Assembly (NCBI GenBank): GCA_009602725.1
Contig: WELB01000007.1
Location: 1,134,336-1,182,192, forward strand
DNA: 47,857 bases
Direction of reading: 5' to 3'
Source of the DNA: Spirogloea muscicola
Taxonomy: Eukaryota
Shown piece by piece: positions 34,601 to 46,890 of this stretch. Position 1 is the first letter of the stretch, and each line of letters opens with the position of its first letter. Below the pieces are notes generated by a model, which worked only from the letters and a program-made list of their open reading frames with translations, was not told where the DNA came from and searched no databases. The translations under genes and the position numbers were made by a program.

Positions 34601-36472
34601 GCCCTCGGACACAGGCGCTGTGGGCACCATCAATGGTGGCGTGCTGCCGAGCCCTCCGCCCAGATCCGCAGCGTTCATAGCCATGCTTGAGGGGTTTTGC
34701 ACCATGGCTGTCATGCCAATTGAACCTGCAGCCAGACATAGCAAAGTAAATGAATGACCTTTGACTGGTGCTGATATGCAAAACTTGACAGCATATATGT
34801 CCTGCACTAACATACGTGCATGACATGTTCACTATAACAACCTTGAAGTCAACAACGCAAGAGTTGGGAATGTGGAGATAGTTGTTGACATGATGGTGGG
34901 GACATGTATTGTGACAATTAAGCGCAACATTTGACATTGCTCTTCCAACTATGATACTGGTGGCTCTGACGAGGACAAGTCTACTGCTTAAAACTTTCAG
35001 GCACGTGGGCTGCACGTGCAGGTCACCCATATCCTCCAATCTTTCTACAGATGACACCATGATTCATCAACTGGCAGTCCTATGAACACGAGCATGGTGC
35101 TCTTGAGGTCCAACATAGGTAGTTGCCTTTTGACGGACTCCGGAGATGAGGGGATGAGAATTATAAGTGCACCTGGCATACGGAGTTGCTGAGTCTGCTG
35201 CCGCTGGCGAGCCTGGGACTGGAGCTGCAGGCTCTGCTGGTGCTGCTGGAGGGCATTGGAGGAGCCATAGCTCCCCACGCCATTCATCATGGTGCCATTG
35301 GTCAACGGGAAGCCCTGGCCGTTCGCCATGGCCCCTGGCATCCTCGCCGAAGTCAGCTGCTGCTGCGGCACCAGCATGCCGCCGATGACTCCGCCAGGGG
35401 TGGGTATCATGTTGCCAGGATGTGCCCCCATCATGTTGCTGCCAAACCCTCCCACGGCGGTCGGCATCGAGTTGGAGCCGGGCGTGGGCATCATGCTGGC
35501 GCCCGTGCCCATGGCGGAGCTCGACGCCGGCGATGGTGGCCTCTGATGCATCTGCATGCCCTGCCCTCCTGCGCCATTGGCAGTTGCAACCTGGCCACGG
35601 TTGACTGAGGGCATCATCCGCTTTGCGACCTGCTGCAGCCGGTGCTCCAGCGTGGAGACATCCGCATACACCTCCTGCGGCAGCACACATGCGAAGGTGA
35701 GTCATCATGCCATGCTCCCACACATTCTACAGCTGCTGCTGGGGCTGAGCCATAGTGAACGATGCATAAACCCTCTCCGCTTGTTCTCCTCAGCAGCTGC
35801 TCCTCGCCTCGACCCCCCTGTAGACCGGCGGTCACATGTGCATTGCCTCCCTGCCCTCGCCGTGCGCCCTACTTAGGGCATGTTGACTGCACCCTGTACT
35901 GTGGCCCTGAGCTTGCAAGAAGCGGCCCCTAAGTCCTCCCGCAGCTATGCACGAGCCTGCAGCAATTTCGTGCACAATTGCCAACGGCTTGCTCTGCCAC
36001 CGGTGCTGTAGAAGCAGAAGGCGACTGAGGGCAGGCCCCCGGAGATGCATGCGCAAGGCCAACCTTTGAGGAGGCATCCTTGTACAGCTCGTCTTCCAGG
36101 CACTTGACGAAGTCGGTCAGCCGGTTGGCGGGCTGCTGCGGCCGCCGCTGCTGGAACAGGGACAAGCTGAACCAAGGCAGCAGCACAATGACGAGTCACG
36201 AGAAGCCCCCACCCTCCATGGCCACCCGTAGATGGTCATGACGTTAGCCCGGCGCTGCGAATCAACGGTGCTGCAGCTGTGTGTGCCGGCCCGAAAGCAT
36301 GCTGGCCAGCCGTGTGGGAGGCGGGGGGCGCTCACATCTGCTGCAGCACGGCGGTGCGGAGCGAGGAGTCGCCGTCCGTCTGCCAGGTCCGCCAGGCATT
36401 GGCGCCGAGCCCCGCGGCGCCCGGCGGCGACTGCTGCTGCTGCCGCGGCCGCTGCACCACGTTCGCCTGCAT
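28675..36472 (-). CDS. HAC1: HAC1-type CBP/p300 histone acetyltransferase, multi-exon
   Basis: TAZ ([13 protein letters not shown]...CPVCEPVR); [80 protein letters not shown]...[50 protein letters not shown] fingers; C-terminal [15 protein letters not shown]...[14 protein letters not shown] at 36472, stop 28677-28675. Confidence 0.95.
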
Positions 36473-36568
36473 CTTGCCGGCGGCGCCGCCCGGCTAGCCG
36501 GCGCCCGCCGGNCCCCCGTGGCGCCGTACCAAAGCTCCAGCGGCCTGCAGCCGCCGCCGCCGCCGCCT

Positions 36569-36602
<34 letters not shown>

Positions 36603-36655
36603 AGGCTCAAGTGGTCATGGATTAGGGTAAGGCGACCTAACGTTGCCGGGCGAGG

Positions 36656-36674
36656 CCCTAAACCCTGAACCCTA
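36656..36674 (+). promoter_or_regulatory. Telo-box-like motif upstream of HAC1
   Basis: CCCTAAA CCCTGAA CCCTA about 190 bp upstream of the HAC1 ATG (across a single-N join). A G-box CCACGTGG lies at 36993-37000. Confidence 0.45.
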
Positions 36675-38120
36675 GGAATACTTGACTAACTGAGCCAGTT
36701 AGCCAACTAGCTATGAATTAGATTTCGGATAGATTCCGGTTATCTGAGCCGGTGACGGGACCACGGTGACGGGCGGTCCGGGGCCGCACCTGACGGTGGG
36801 CAGTTTGAGTCCTCTGCGGGTCAGCTCCGGGGCTGGGGGGGGCCTACGGGCTGGGGCCGGGCGCCGCCCCGGAGAGGACATCCGGTCGAAATCCGGGCGG
36901 GCCAATGAGCGCGCCGGGCACGATCCGAGGACCCGGGCAGCGCGGATCATCGGCGCTGGCCGGTTGCGTGGGATCCGACGGCGCGCAGGGAGCCACGTGG
37001 CGGGGGGCTTGTCTCCGTTCCCTCCCCCCAGTGGCCAGGTGACCAGACGGCGGCGGCGGAGGCGGCGGCGGCGGCGTCTGCGGCAGCGTCCTGCCAGGCA
37101 CCTCAGCGGCCTCCCCGTCAGCCGTCGCGGCCTGGCTGCGCACGGCCGGGCCGAGCGAGGCGGCAGCAATAGCTGGGCCGCTTCTCTTCAGACACGGCGG
37201 TGTGTCGCTACACCCGACGGCTCCCGTTGTTGGCTCCTCTGCCGCTCGGCAACGCCACCTTCGCCTTGTCCCGGCTACCGATAGCTGCTGCTCTTGCCTT
37301 GTGGATGCTTGACGGGACAGCTACGAGATATTGCAAGCGCAAACATCTGGCAATCACTGGCTCGTCAATCCAGTTGCATTCCCTCTGCGTGTTGCTCGCC
37401 AGAACACAGTGTATGGCCTTGCTCTTATGTAAATTGAACGCCAAGGTGAAGGAGCTAGTCGTTTTTCAATGTCTACTCTCTCGCGACGCAAGCACCCGTG
37501 GTCTTGGGGTCACGTGGACTTGCTGAAGTAGTTTGCCAGTCCAGCATTCAGACAACTGCTGATCTCTGCGAAGCTTGACTGAAGGGGGTATAGACTTAGG
37601 TCTCGTAATCACTTTCACAAGATTTCACAAGTGCGACGGCCTCTGGCCTGAGTTGGCACACGCTCTGTAACTTGTGTGGTACGCAGTGCCAAGAACGGGA
37701 TTGCTTAGCACGCCTGCATAGAAGAGGTTTAGTGCATCAATGTAATCTATTGCTCATTGTGGAAATAACAACAACCTTACGGCATCGGTACAGACACTTT
37801 CTAGAAATTCTGAAGCTGCAAGCTGCAGCCAAGGCTGACGATTGCTGGACTGTCTCTGCAGCATGCGCATGTAAGCTGGTTATTGTTCTTGAGGAGTCGT
37901 GCACAATAAGAGATTATGCAACAAGCATCATGGCATGGCTACCAGTACAATAACCACCTGTGACCTTCAATGCACAAACCAACCATGTCCTCCATGACAC
38001 CCCTCTGTGCCACGCCGATGTTGCTCAATAAATTGCAGACACAAACTCGCTTGCAGTTATACCTTGCTGTGCAGAATACTTTTCAATTTGGACTAGGGAA
38101 TGGGACAGTTGTTACTAAGT

Positions 38121-40661
38121 TCAGATTCCAAGGAGCAGAGCAGCAATTGCCATACTCGCGGCTAATGTGACTGTGGTGGTCCTAAGGGTTGCCGATGATG
38201 GAGTGGAGACAGGGGTGTCAGAGTAATCGAAGCTCCCAGGGGTGGACAGCGCGTCCAGCCTATTGGTCAAGGCTTCTAGGGGACCAAGGTACTCCACGAT
38301 CGTCGTGCCGGTGGGCACGGGCTCCGTTCCAACTGCGCCAGGGCTGAAGATGTTGCCACTGCCGGAGAAGAGCAGGCCCGACGCCTGCGCGCGCACATTG
38401 GCGATGTCCAGAACGGTGAGCAGCTGGCTGCGGTCCTGCTCGTTGAAGTCCGAGCGTATCAGCAGGGCCTTGCCTGGCACCGCTCCAAATGAACAGTCCC
38501 GGTAGGAGGTCAATGGCGCGCACCCGCCCTGCAACATTCAAGGAGTGATGACACATCAGAGGTCAAGCAGGTCAGACGGCAACTCGATATTGAAACACTT
38601 GTGAGCACCCGCAGTATGCGATGGGCTCCGCCTGCCAGGTCAAGTAGCACTTGGACTCCCCACTTTAAGAAGGCAGGCAACAGGGCTGAAGGCTCTCAGC
38701 TTCATCCGCCACTACTCTGAATATGGCTGTAGGTACTTACGGTGGGGCAGAGGAGCCGGTAGTTGTCGTGGCTCTGGAGATTAGACCAGGAGGTAATGGC
38801 GTTATTGCCGCCTGCAGCGTAGTTGAGTGGGACGTTGTGCTCAGTGAAGGCCACATCGTTGTCGCCCTCCACCAGGCACTTGAAGGCGCCCACCGGCCCA
38901 AAGAACTGCAGCATCCACATCCTCGGACTGCTAAGCTTATTTGGCTGTTGATGCTGCCGTTGCAGCTTGCCTTGCTTGCATCGTGGGTTGCAGCTGCGAA
39001 CAAGACGCTAAAGGCTGGCGTCCTGTTCTCTTTCCATCAGCAGTAGCTCAAGGCCAACTTTCTCCTTTTACGTCAATGGCTGGAATGGCATAACCGAGAG
39101 AGGGCAAAGAAGTGCGACTTCTCAAGCAGGGTTCCGTGTGGGAGCAAGGGATGCGTACATCGTCATTGACATCGCAATTCTCAACACTGCTGCAGGCGGA
39201 GCAGATCTTGGCGTCGCCCTCACTAGCAGCACAGGACTTGTCAAAGAAGCCCGCCACGGATTGGATGTCGATGGGCTGCCTTGATGTCCTGAGCATCCCA
39301 ACACGCACCTCGTCAGTGACTTAGGAAAAGGTCAGAAGTACTAAGGAAGTTGGCTACAATCAGGTGGATCAGATCCAGACGTGGTGTCGCAGCGCTCCAC
39401 CTGTTGACGAGGCTGATGATGGGCGACCCCCCACTTGTCATGTAGCCGATGGGTGCGTCCCAACCAGTCGTTTGTCGGTAGCCCGTGTGGCACGACGACC
39501 TGCCTTGTAGGTCCGCCAGTGTCGTTGCAATGCTGCCAAAGGGGGCAGTCAACGGGCACCATGTCAGCAGCTGCAGCGCCCTTGCCTCGGTGACCAATTG
39601 CTTGCGTGGCCAGCCTTGATCAGTCCGCCCACTTGCATGTATCTTACGCTCGCAGCGTGCATGACGCAGAATAGGTGGAGGTTGCAGCCTGCCGGCCTTG
39701 TACCTGCAGAAGGACGCATGCACAACTGCCACGCTGTAGTAGATGCCACCAATCTCGCCTGCGAAGCGCTCGCGGATGTACGGAACCAGGTCGTACTTCT
39801 GGGCATAGACCAGGGAGCCAGCATTGAACATGCCAAGGTCTGCGTCGCCAGCGGCGACCATGTCGATGCAGCCTTCGTCCCCATTGCCGCGTACGCTGCA
39901 GGATGGACCTTGCAAAATCATCAGGCGGCATTCTTGCTAGTACATAAAGGTGTTGGGTTGCAAAGTGCACAGCACATTGACCTTGCAGGACTGCCAAGGC
40001 ACGGTAGTAAAGCGACTGCGTTACGGGTGCCCTGCAGCCGATCCAGGTACCTAACGACACGGTGAGCGGTAATGACTACACTGTCCCTTTCAAGGAAGAA
40101 GGGCAAGTGGAGGGAGGCGAGCATGCCGAGGCCTTCAAGCCTGGCGAAGGGGTTGGGACAAGAGGAGGATAGAGGAGCCCCACGGGAGGGAAGGAAGGAG
40201 GAGGTGTGAAGGAGGTGGCGACCGACCAGCTCCAATCGTGGTGCTCGTTGAGATAAGGCGCGTACTGCTCTAAGGTCTGCAGCACCTCCACCATCTGCGA
40301 GCAGAAGGCCAGCTCACTTGCCTGCCCGACGCACCACCGGAGGGCTGCACGATTGCACGAGTATGTGTCGGCCGTCAGCACTAAACGGCTCGAAGAGGCT
40401 GCAGTGATTGGTCTGTAATCGAGGCCGATCCAGAAGATGGCTAGCGGGAGATGCCGGGTAACATCCTAGCAACGTGACGTTCAGCCGCTTCTGCACTTGG
40501 CACCCGAGGTTGGCAGGAGGGCGGTCCGTTCACAGGAATGGAGGCAGCGCCGTCTTACGCGTCTTCGTGGCATTGAGAATGGGGTGATTCTGGGCTGACG
40601 CGCCGCCTGCGGCCGCCAGGACCGTGAGGAGCATAGTGAACGCCGCCGCCGCGAGACCCAT
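38121..40661 (-). CDS. Single-lobe transferrin-like protein with signal peptide and probable GPI/TM C-terminus, multi-exon
   Basis: Signal MGLAAAAFTMLLTVLAAAGGASA. Transferrin motifs LRWCV, CIDMVAAGDADL, YYSVAVV, LQGRSSCHTGYRQTTGWDAPIG, FFDKSCA...ICSAC, GAFKCLVEGDNDVAFTEH, YRLLCP, DCSFGAVP. Ser/Thr-rich then hydrophobic end TLAASMAIAALLLGI*. Confidence 0.88.
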
Positions 40662-41443
40662 GTCGGCGGCCTGCCGCAGGAGAGCCAACGGGTACTGTCT
40701 GCCAGAAGCAGCAGAGTGGGGTTGCCGACCAATGCTGGTGACGCCTTCACGGGGGCGAGCACGGCTCTTCCGCCCGCCCTCCTGCAGCGGTCTGCTCGCT
40801 GTCGCTGCGCCGCTGGGGAGGCCCCTTTGCCGCGCTCCTTTGCCGCGCTGGCTGCCCCGCCGGCAAAGAGGGCGGCGGCCTGGGGGAGGCGGCGCCGAGC
40901 GAGGCCAGCAGGATGGGAAGGTGGCGAGGAGGCGAAGCAAGGCGGGGAGACGGCGGAGGAGCTGGAAGCAGGGCCTGGGATGGGGGCGCTGGGAGGAGGA
41001 TGGCGGGCTGGGGGCCTCCGCTGCCGCCGCCTGGACGGCGCCGGAGCACCTGGGATCCGGGACCTGACAGCAGAGGGCAGCCGGGCTGCCCCGTCGGAGC
41101 GCCTGACCTCCGCACCCTGCTGGAGGCGGAGTCGCCGTCGGCTTCCCCGCAAATGCCCCCTGGCTGCGCCCTTGTCAGATCTGACCGACTTTAGGAGCTG
41201 ATACGACAAATGTCCCCCGCGGCTGAGCAGCCTCCTGGCATGGTTTCAGAGCTGAGAATCCCCGTTCCAGGTAAAGGCAACAGACCACTCCCCCCTCCCC
41301 GACCCGCGCCCCCCCCCCGCAAACCCCAAGCGGAGGCGCCTCGGGTAATGCCGCCGCGCCGCTCCAGTTAGGCCGCCGTTTGCTAGTCCTACTGTCAGGC
41401 CCGGAGCTCGGAAAGAAGCGCCCCCCCCCCCTCCCCCCCCGCC

Positions 41444-44325
41444 ATGGAGCTCGGCCCCGCGCCGCTGCGGCCCCCGCGCTGCGCCNNNNNNNNNNNNNNN
41501 NNNNNNNNNNNNNCGGCGCAGCCCGCGCGGCGGCGCTGCCGGCGTCGGGCGAGGCCGGGGACGACCCCGAGCCGCCGCGCTTCGCGGTCACGGTGGATGC
41601 GCCCGACGCGAGCGTGCTCGCCGCGGAGTTCCCGCTCGTGGGCGTCCCGGCGCTCCCCTGCTTCAACGACGTCATCCACTGGTGCCCGCCCTGCCCCAAC
41701 CCACTGACGAAGCGAAGAATGCTAGGGGCTTATGGTGCAGTCCTTGGCACCGTGGTGCAGGTGTTGTGGTCATAGTCTTAAATTCCATCGTCAGGGTCTT
41801 ATCGTACAGGATCTCGGGCTGCAGGGTTCAAGTCATGCGGGCGACGAAACTCGTCGCCGGACCCCTCGGCAGGCCCCGTCTGGGCCATGGTGGCCGCGCC
41901 CGCCAGCAGCTCTGAAGCGCAGTGTGCCAAGTGCTTGACGGTCGTCGCTTCGCGGCTGGCCTGCTCGCCGCACTCTCCTCCAGGTTCAGCGCGTCGCTCG
42001 TGCTCCTCATCGCGCTCGCCGACGGGCCGCTGCCGACGCTCATCCTGCCCAGGAACGCCGCCCTCCTCGTCCTCGCCGCGGTGCAGTGGGTGTGCCGCTT
42101 CTCCACCTTCCCTCCTCAAGTGCATCTTGGGGTCTTGCAGCTTTCCTTTGACAACCCACAAATGTCAGTCTCACACCTAGGCCCCACAACTGAAAAGCAT
42201 CCGGCGCAGTGAGGCTCCCCTGAATGCTGACTCCGAACCTTCTGATCCTCTTTAAGCATAGACTCTGCATACCTGATGCAAATCTTCAAACCCTGAATCG
42301 AAGCGGATGGTGTCAGTAGCAGGTGATAATGTCATGGCTGTCCATGCTACAGCTGTAAGGGTGCACAGCAATATGTGTCCGTGTTGTGTGATGCGGGACC
42401 AATAACGGCTATTGATCTGCCTCCAAGCTGAGCTCTCCTTGGGGCGTGTCGCCCTTGGCTGGGCTTGTTTCAAGGAGGCAGGGCCTGTTCGTCGTCCCAA
42501 CTGTCAGCTACTGCAAGGTGGCTGGCTTCGACCTCAAGCGCACCTTCCTCCTTGCAAGGCAAGTCAGTGCGAGCTATTTCTATCTGCAATATCAACCGCC
42601 TCAGATGCAGGCAGTGCATGTGGAGAACGAGTGGACCTTGAGGTGCTACTTTCCCTGCACACACGGGTTGAGGCAAGCAGTCACACACTCTCACCACGCC
42701 CCAGGCTGAAGAAGCGGTTCGCATTTGCGGGGCTGGTCGGCGGCGTCAGTGCCTGGGTGCTGCTCACTGCCACCATCTGGCAGCGCCTGTGGGCCTTCTC
42801 CGCTTCCCTGCCTGCGCCGCTGCCCAACAAGAGCGTCCTAGGTAGGCATAGCACTCATTGCTGAAGTGTTCTCTGCGCGTGCTGTCGTCTGCACTGGCTT
42901 GACTGCATCAGGAGTGCACGCTGCAGCATGCCCGATTGCAAGTCATCTTGGCAGGCACAGGCACATCAAGATGCAATGGACTGAAGTCCTTTCATTCTGC
43001 GGTGGAGCAGTGTCCATGTTCGAGCACTATCCCTCGAGCCCGGCAGGCTGGGTCTACCTCTTGGCGACTGCTGCGCTGCTGCCAGCTGTTGCTGAGGAGC
43101 TGCTTTTTCGTGGCTTTGTTTTGAGTGCTCTCAAGCCGCACCTTGGCAGGTACGTCAGTCCAGCCTTACAGAGATCTGCCCGTCTGCTCAGATCCTCGAC
43201 CTGTATACGTGCTCTGTTCCTTGATAGCTGGATTGCTAGCAGCACAGCTTGACAGTGGACGTTGACACCCACTTTGCAAGGTGCCGGCACCCCTGTAATA
43301 CCAGAGTGGGGAGAGGTGGTTCTTGATAGCTGCAAAACGCGAGGTAATGATGATGTGCAGAGTGGACGCTGTCATCCTCGCCGGTGCATTGTTTGGGATG
43401 TTCCATCTCAACCTGCCACAATTCTTTGCGACCACTGGTGAGCACCTGTTGGCTCAACCAACAGCCGACATTCTCCTGGAATCGTCCCATGATGTAGGAC
43501 CTGGAGGTGGGAGCTGCCAATAGTCTGTTGATACTCAATCTCTTGAGCTCACTACTGAGCAGGTCAGGTCGAAAACTAGATCAGCAGCCTGTGCCTGCCA
43601 TGCCAGCTGCAGACCTTCCAATGCCTCACCTGGCTAAGTCTCAGGTGGCATGTGCAGTCCTTGGCATTGCAGCTGGCGCTTTGGCGGTGGCTTCCGGCAG
43701 CATTTGGGCACCCATCACTCTCCATGTCGCTCACAATGTCGCAGCTCTCATATATGGAGGCAAGTCTCAGCTTTTAAACCTGTTTCAATTGTGCTGTGAC
43801 TGGGTTTCCCTGTCTCTATAGGCCACTCGTGTCAGTCATTCCCTTTGTTGTTGAAGTAAACAGACAAATGGTTCCTCTGATTTTGTGCTTGTTTGGCTGA
43901 GTCTGCATAACCTGGGCTCTCATAGAAATATTGCAAGGAGACAACTCCCTCACGTGAGACTTTGGGGTTGTTATAACAGCCCCAGTGTTTATCTTAACAT
44001 CCTTTGTCATGGGTAGATACAGTCAGAATATTAGGCTGTGGTTAAGTACTGTGTGGGCCTTCAAGAATCTGCATGACTTATGTGCCTGGCTGTCACCTCG
44101 CAAGTGCTAGGACCTGTTTGTGGGATCTGCCACTGACGGCTTCAGCTCAGCTGGCCTGCAGGTATTACTCATTCTGGCACCACCATGGCAAGGAAGACGC
44201 CAATACCGCAGCTTCCCATCCAGCTGGTAGTGCCTGCAATTATTGGCTTCGTCATCTTTGCCTTCATGATACGCCCTGGCTGGGAGCGCACTCGCTATGA
44301 TTATTGGAACAAGGCCAACCGATAG
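41444..44325 (+). CDS. CPBP (CAAX protease type II / Abi / Rce1-like) intramembrane metalloprotease, multi-exon
   Basis: Motifs AVAEELLFRGFVL, GALFGMFHL and SIWAPITLHVAHN, with several hydrophobic segments. Last exon 44162-44325 joins in phase through a GC-AG intron. Start is uncertain because of the gap at 41486-41513. Confidence 0.85.
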
Positions 44326-44569
44326 GATTTGTGCCTTCCGCATTTCATTATTTCGACATACCGGTCGTTGACAACGTCAGCATGCAGCTTTATCTGCCTA
44401 AACCCAGTAGATCTTGTCCGTGTCCTTAGCCGCGTGACGAGAGCTTGTCTTTGAGGTGTATAATTGTCTAACTGAATCGCAAGTCATAGTGACCCTCCAT
44501 TATGCTTCTTCAGCGCCCTGCTGGCCGAGCTTTTTCACCACTCACTGCTGTGCAATTCTGTGAGCCAAC

Positions 44570-45790
44570 TTCGGTCTCGTTGACCAAAATAGAAAGAGCT
44601 CTTCCAATGTAAGGCAGTTGCTGTGGTTTAGGAGTCCAAAGGAGTGCACAAGGTCTGGAAGGGATACAGCCCTTGCCCCCTTTGGGAGAGCCACTTTCTG
44701 TGGACCTTGTATGTAGTTTCTGGGCTGGCTTATCACAAAGAAGACGTTCCGGAATGGTGGGCTCATGTGCACCCCGCTCGATGGTCAGGAAGAAAGAATG
44801 GCTGTCCCAAAGGACACGAGGGCTGTCATAAGAAGAAAGCGCGGCCCAATTGACTGGTGGCTGTGAGAGGCCAGCCCTTCGCACTCCGACTCCTTCAGAC
44901 CTTGTCCTTCCAGCCCCTATCCTCAATGGGCGAGGCCTTCTCTCTCAAGGGCAAAGGGGGCAAGGGTTGTGAACAGCCAGCCCGAAAACCAAATTGACGA
45001 AGTCCGAAAGGGGCCAAAAAAGCGCTGTCTCAGAGCTGGGGTATGATGGATGACTTGGCAACCACGAGGAAAGAGTATGGAAGATGTACAAAGTTTGAAG
45101 GGCCCAGAAAAGCGTTAAAGACCTCTGTATGCCCCTTCGGACCTTGTCATTCTGCTTATCACAGCCCTCGCCCCCTTAGAAAGAGCTCACTCTTCGCATG
45201 TGTCAGCCTGTTTGCAGCGAGCTCAGGCTCATGCTTTGCACCATAAAGCTGGTCAAGCCTTAGCTTGTGGCACAAAAGCTTGTCAACTGCCGTCCGGTTT
45301 CCGGGCATCAGTCAACGCCCTCGATGTGCGCTCTGGCGGTCTCGGTCCAATGCTCCCTTGCCTACGCCGTCCACATGCGAGCAGGCCGTGCTATGGCTGC
45401 CGCCTCTGGGTCTCGGCGGAGTGCCTCTTTCCCTGCAGCGAGCTACTCCGACCTGAAATTGCTCACTCGCGGGTACTGAGCTTCCCTCTGCATCGTCCTG
45501 TATTTTGTAGTGTTTTGAGGTATAGTCCTTCGGCACCTCTTTCTTTGGCTTTGAACATTGTCCATTCTTTTTGGGCTGGCTTTGCCAGCCCTTCTTCTCC
45601 GTGGGCGAGCACTTTCTTCTTTCTGCGCCATCCGGCTCCTTCAGACCTTGTCCGTTACTCTGAGGTAAGCGTGGCCACATTGACTGGTGGCTCGGAGAAG
45701 CCAGCCCAAAACACTACAAAAAGAACAAAGGACGAGAAGGGGCCAGGGGAAGCACAAAGAACAACAAGCACAAAAAGAAACGAAGCAGCT
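44570..45790. mobile_element. Cluster 4, part a: mixed-orientation stack of RLE retrotransposon 3' ends
   Basis: Hairpin or terminal motifs at ~44665, 44720, 44860, 44910, 44970, 45160, 45575 and 45690. Plus-strand ORF ends SACLQRAQAHALHHKAGQALAC (~45200-45270) and SLAYAVHMRAGRAMAAASGSRRSASFPAASYSDLKLLTRGY* (stop 45477-45479). Confidence 0.8.
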
Positions 45791-45799
45791 ACGAAGCAC

Positions 45800-46890
45800 T
45801 CAGTAACGCCTGCTAAGCAGCCTCAGGTCAGAGAGACTGGGTCGGAAGCGGGTCCCCTGGCCAGAGCTAGAGGCAGCACAGAGAGAGCCCTTCAACCGCC
45901 GCCTCGTTCACGACATCGATATTTCCTAACGATCCCCCTTCGCCGCCATCCCCCTGCGCGCACGGCGGCGGCAGCAGCGGCAGCGGCGGCGGCGGAGGCG
46001 GCGACGGGCCCGCCGCCAAGCGCGTCCGCGCCCAGCTGGATGGGCATTGTTGAGGTGTTTTCCACAGCCTCCTTGAAGCCCGCCTCCCCTGCATGCCATC
46101 TCGCAGGAGATCGTGGGAACCGGTCCGCTCGCCCCCGTGCGCGCAACGGAGCATATGCGCAGCCAGCTCCGCAGGGTCGGCGTGACGGACACCACACTCG
46201 CACTGTGTGACGCCCACGAGGCAGGGAGGGAGGAGGCCAAAGAGCCGGTGGACCGCCGTCCTGAAGACCTCATCGGGCATGGTGAGCGCCGCGTAGAGTG
46301 GGAGCGCTGATAACCACGCCGCCGCCCTGGGGGAGGAGGCTGAGAGAAGCCGGGCGCGCCCGCGAAGGTCAGACGGAGGGAGAAGCTCCACGACCTGGTC
46401 AGAGGCCGCTTTTCCAACCAGCGCCGTGAAGCGTGCCTGGGGGTACGCAGGTCAGGGGTGCGGGCGAGGTGGACGAAAGCCCTCGCCGTCCACATGCGAG
46501 CAGGCCGTGCTATGGCTGCCGCCTCTGGGTCTCGGCGGAGTGCCTCTTTCCCTGCAGCGAGCTACTCAGACCTGATGTTGCTCACTCGTGGGTACTGAGC
46601 TTCCCTTCGCATCGTTTCTGTGTTCTGCAGTGTTTTGTAGTGTAGTCCTTTTCCTGCTCCTCTTTCTTTGGCTTTGGACATTGTCCATTCTTTTTTGGCT
46701 GGCTTTGCCAGCCCCTCTTCTCTATGGGCGCGCACTTCTCTGACGAAAGGGACGGCCTGCTCCGACACGTTGAAGCAAGCGCGGCCAGATTAACTGGTGG
46801 CTGGTGGTGGTGGCTCCGACACGTTGGGGTGGACCGCCAGGAGCCCGTCGCGGGCAGAGCGGAGGGCAAACCTGCAAGGGCAGCTGGGCA
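45800..46890 (-). mobile_element. Decayed CRE-like RLE retrotransposon fragment (Zn-knuckle region) carrying two nested insertions
   Basis: RARLLSASSPRAAAWLSALP...FRTAVHRLFGLLPPCLVGVTQCECG...AHMLRCAHGGERTGSHDLLRD aligns by eye with the peptide at 14500-14800. Insertions with TSDs at 46472-46749 and 46759-46826. Confidence 0.85.

Noticed and set aside
36700..37530. GC-rich ORFs upstream of HAC1 (36711..37169, 36766..37284) as a separate gene
   Set aside because: Low-complexity Arg/Pro/Gly translations typical of GC-rich promoter DNA, with no domain evidence. A divergent non-coding transcript cannot be excluded.
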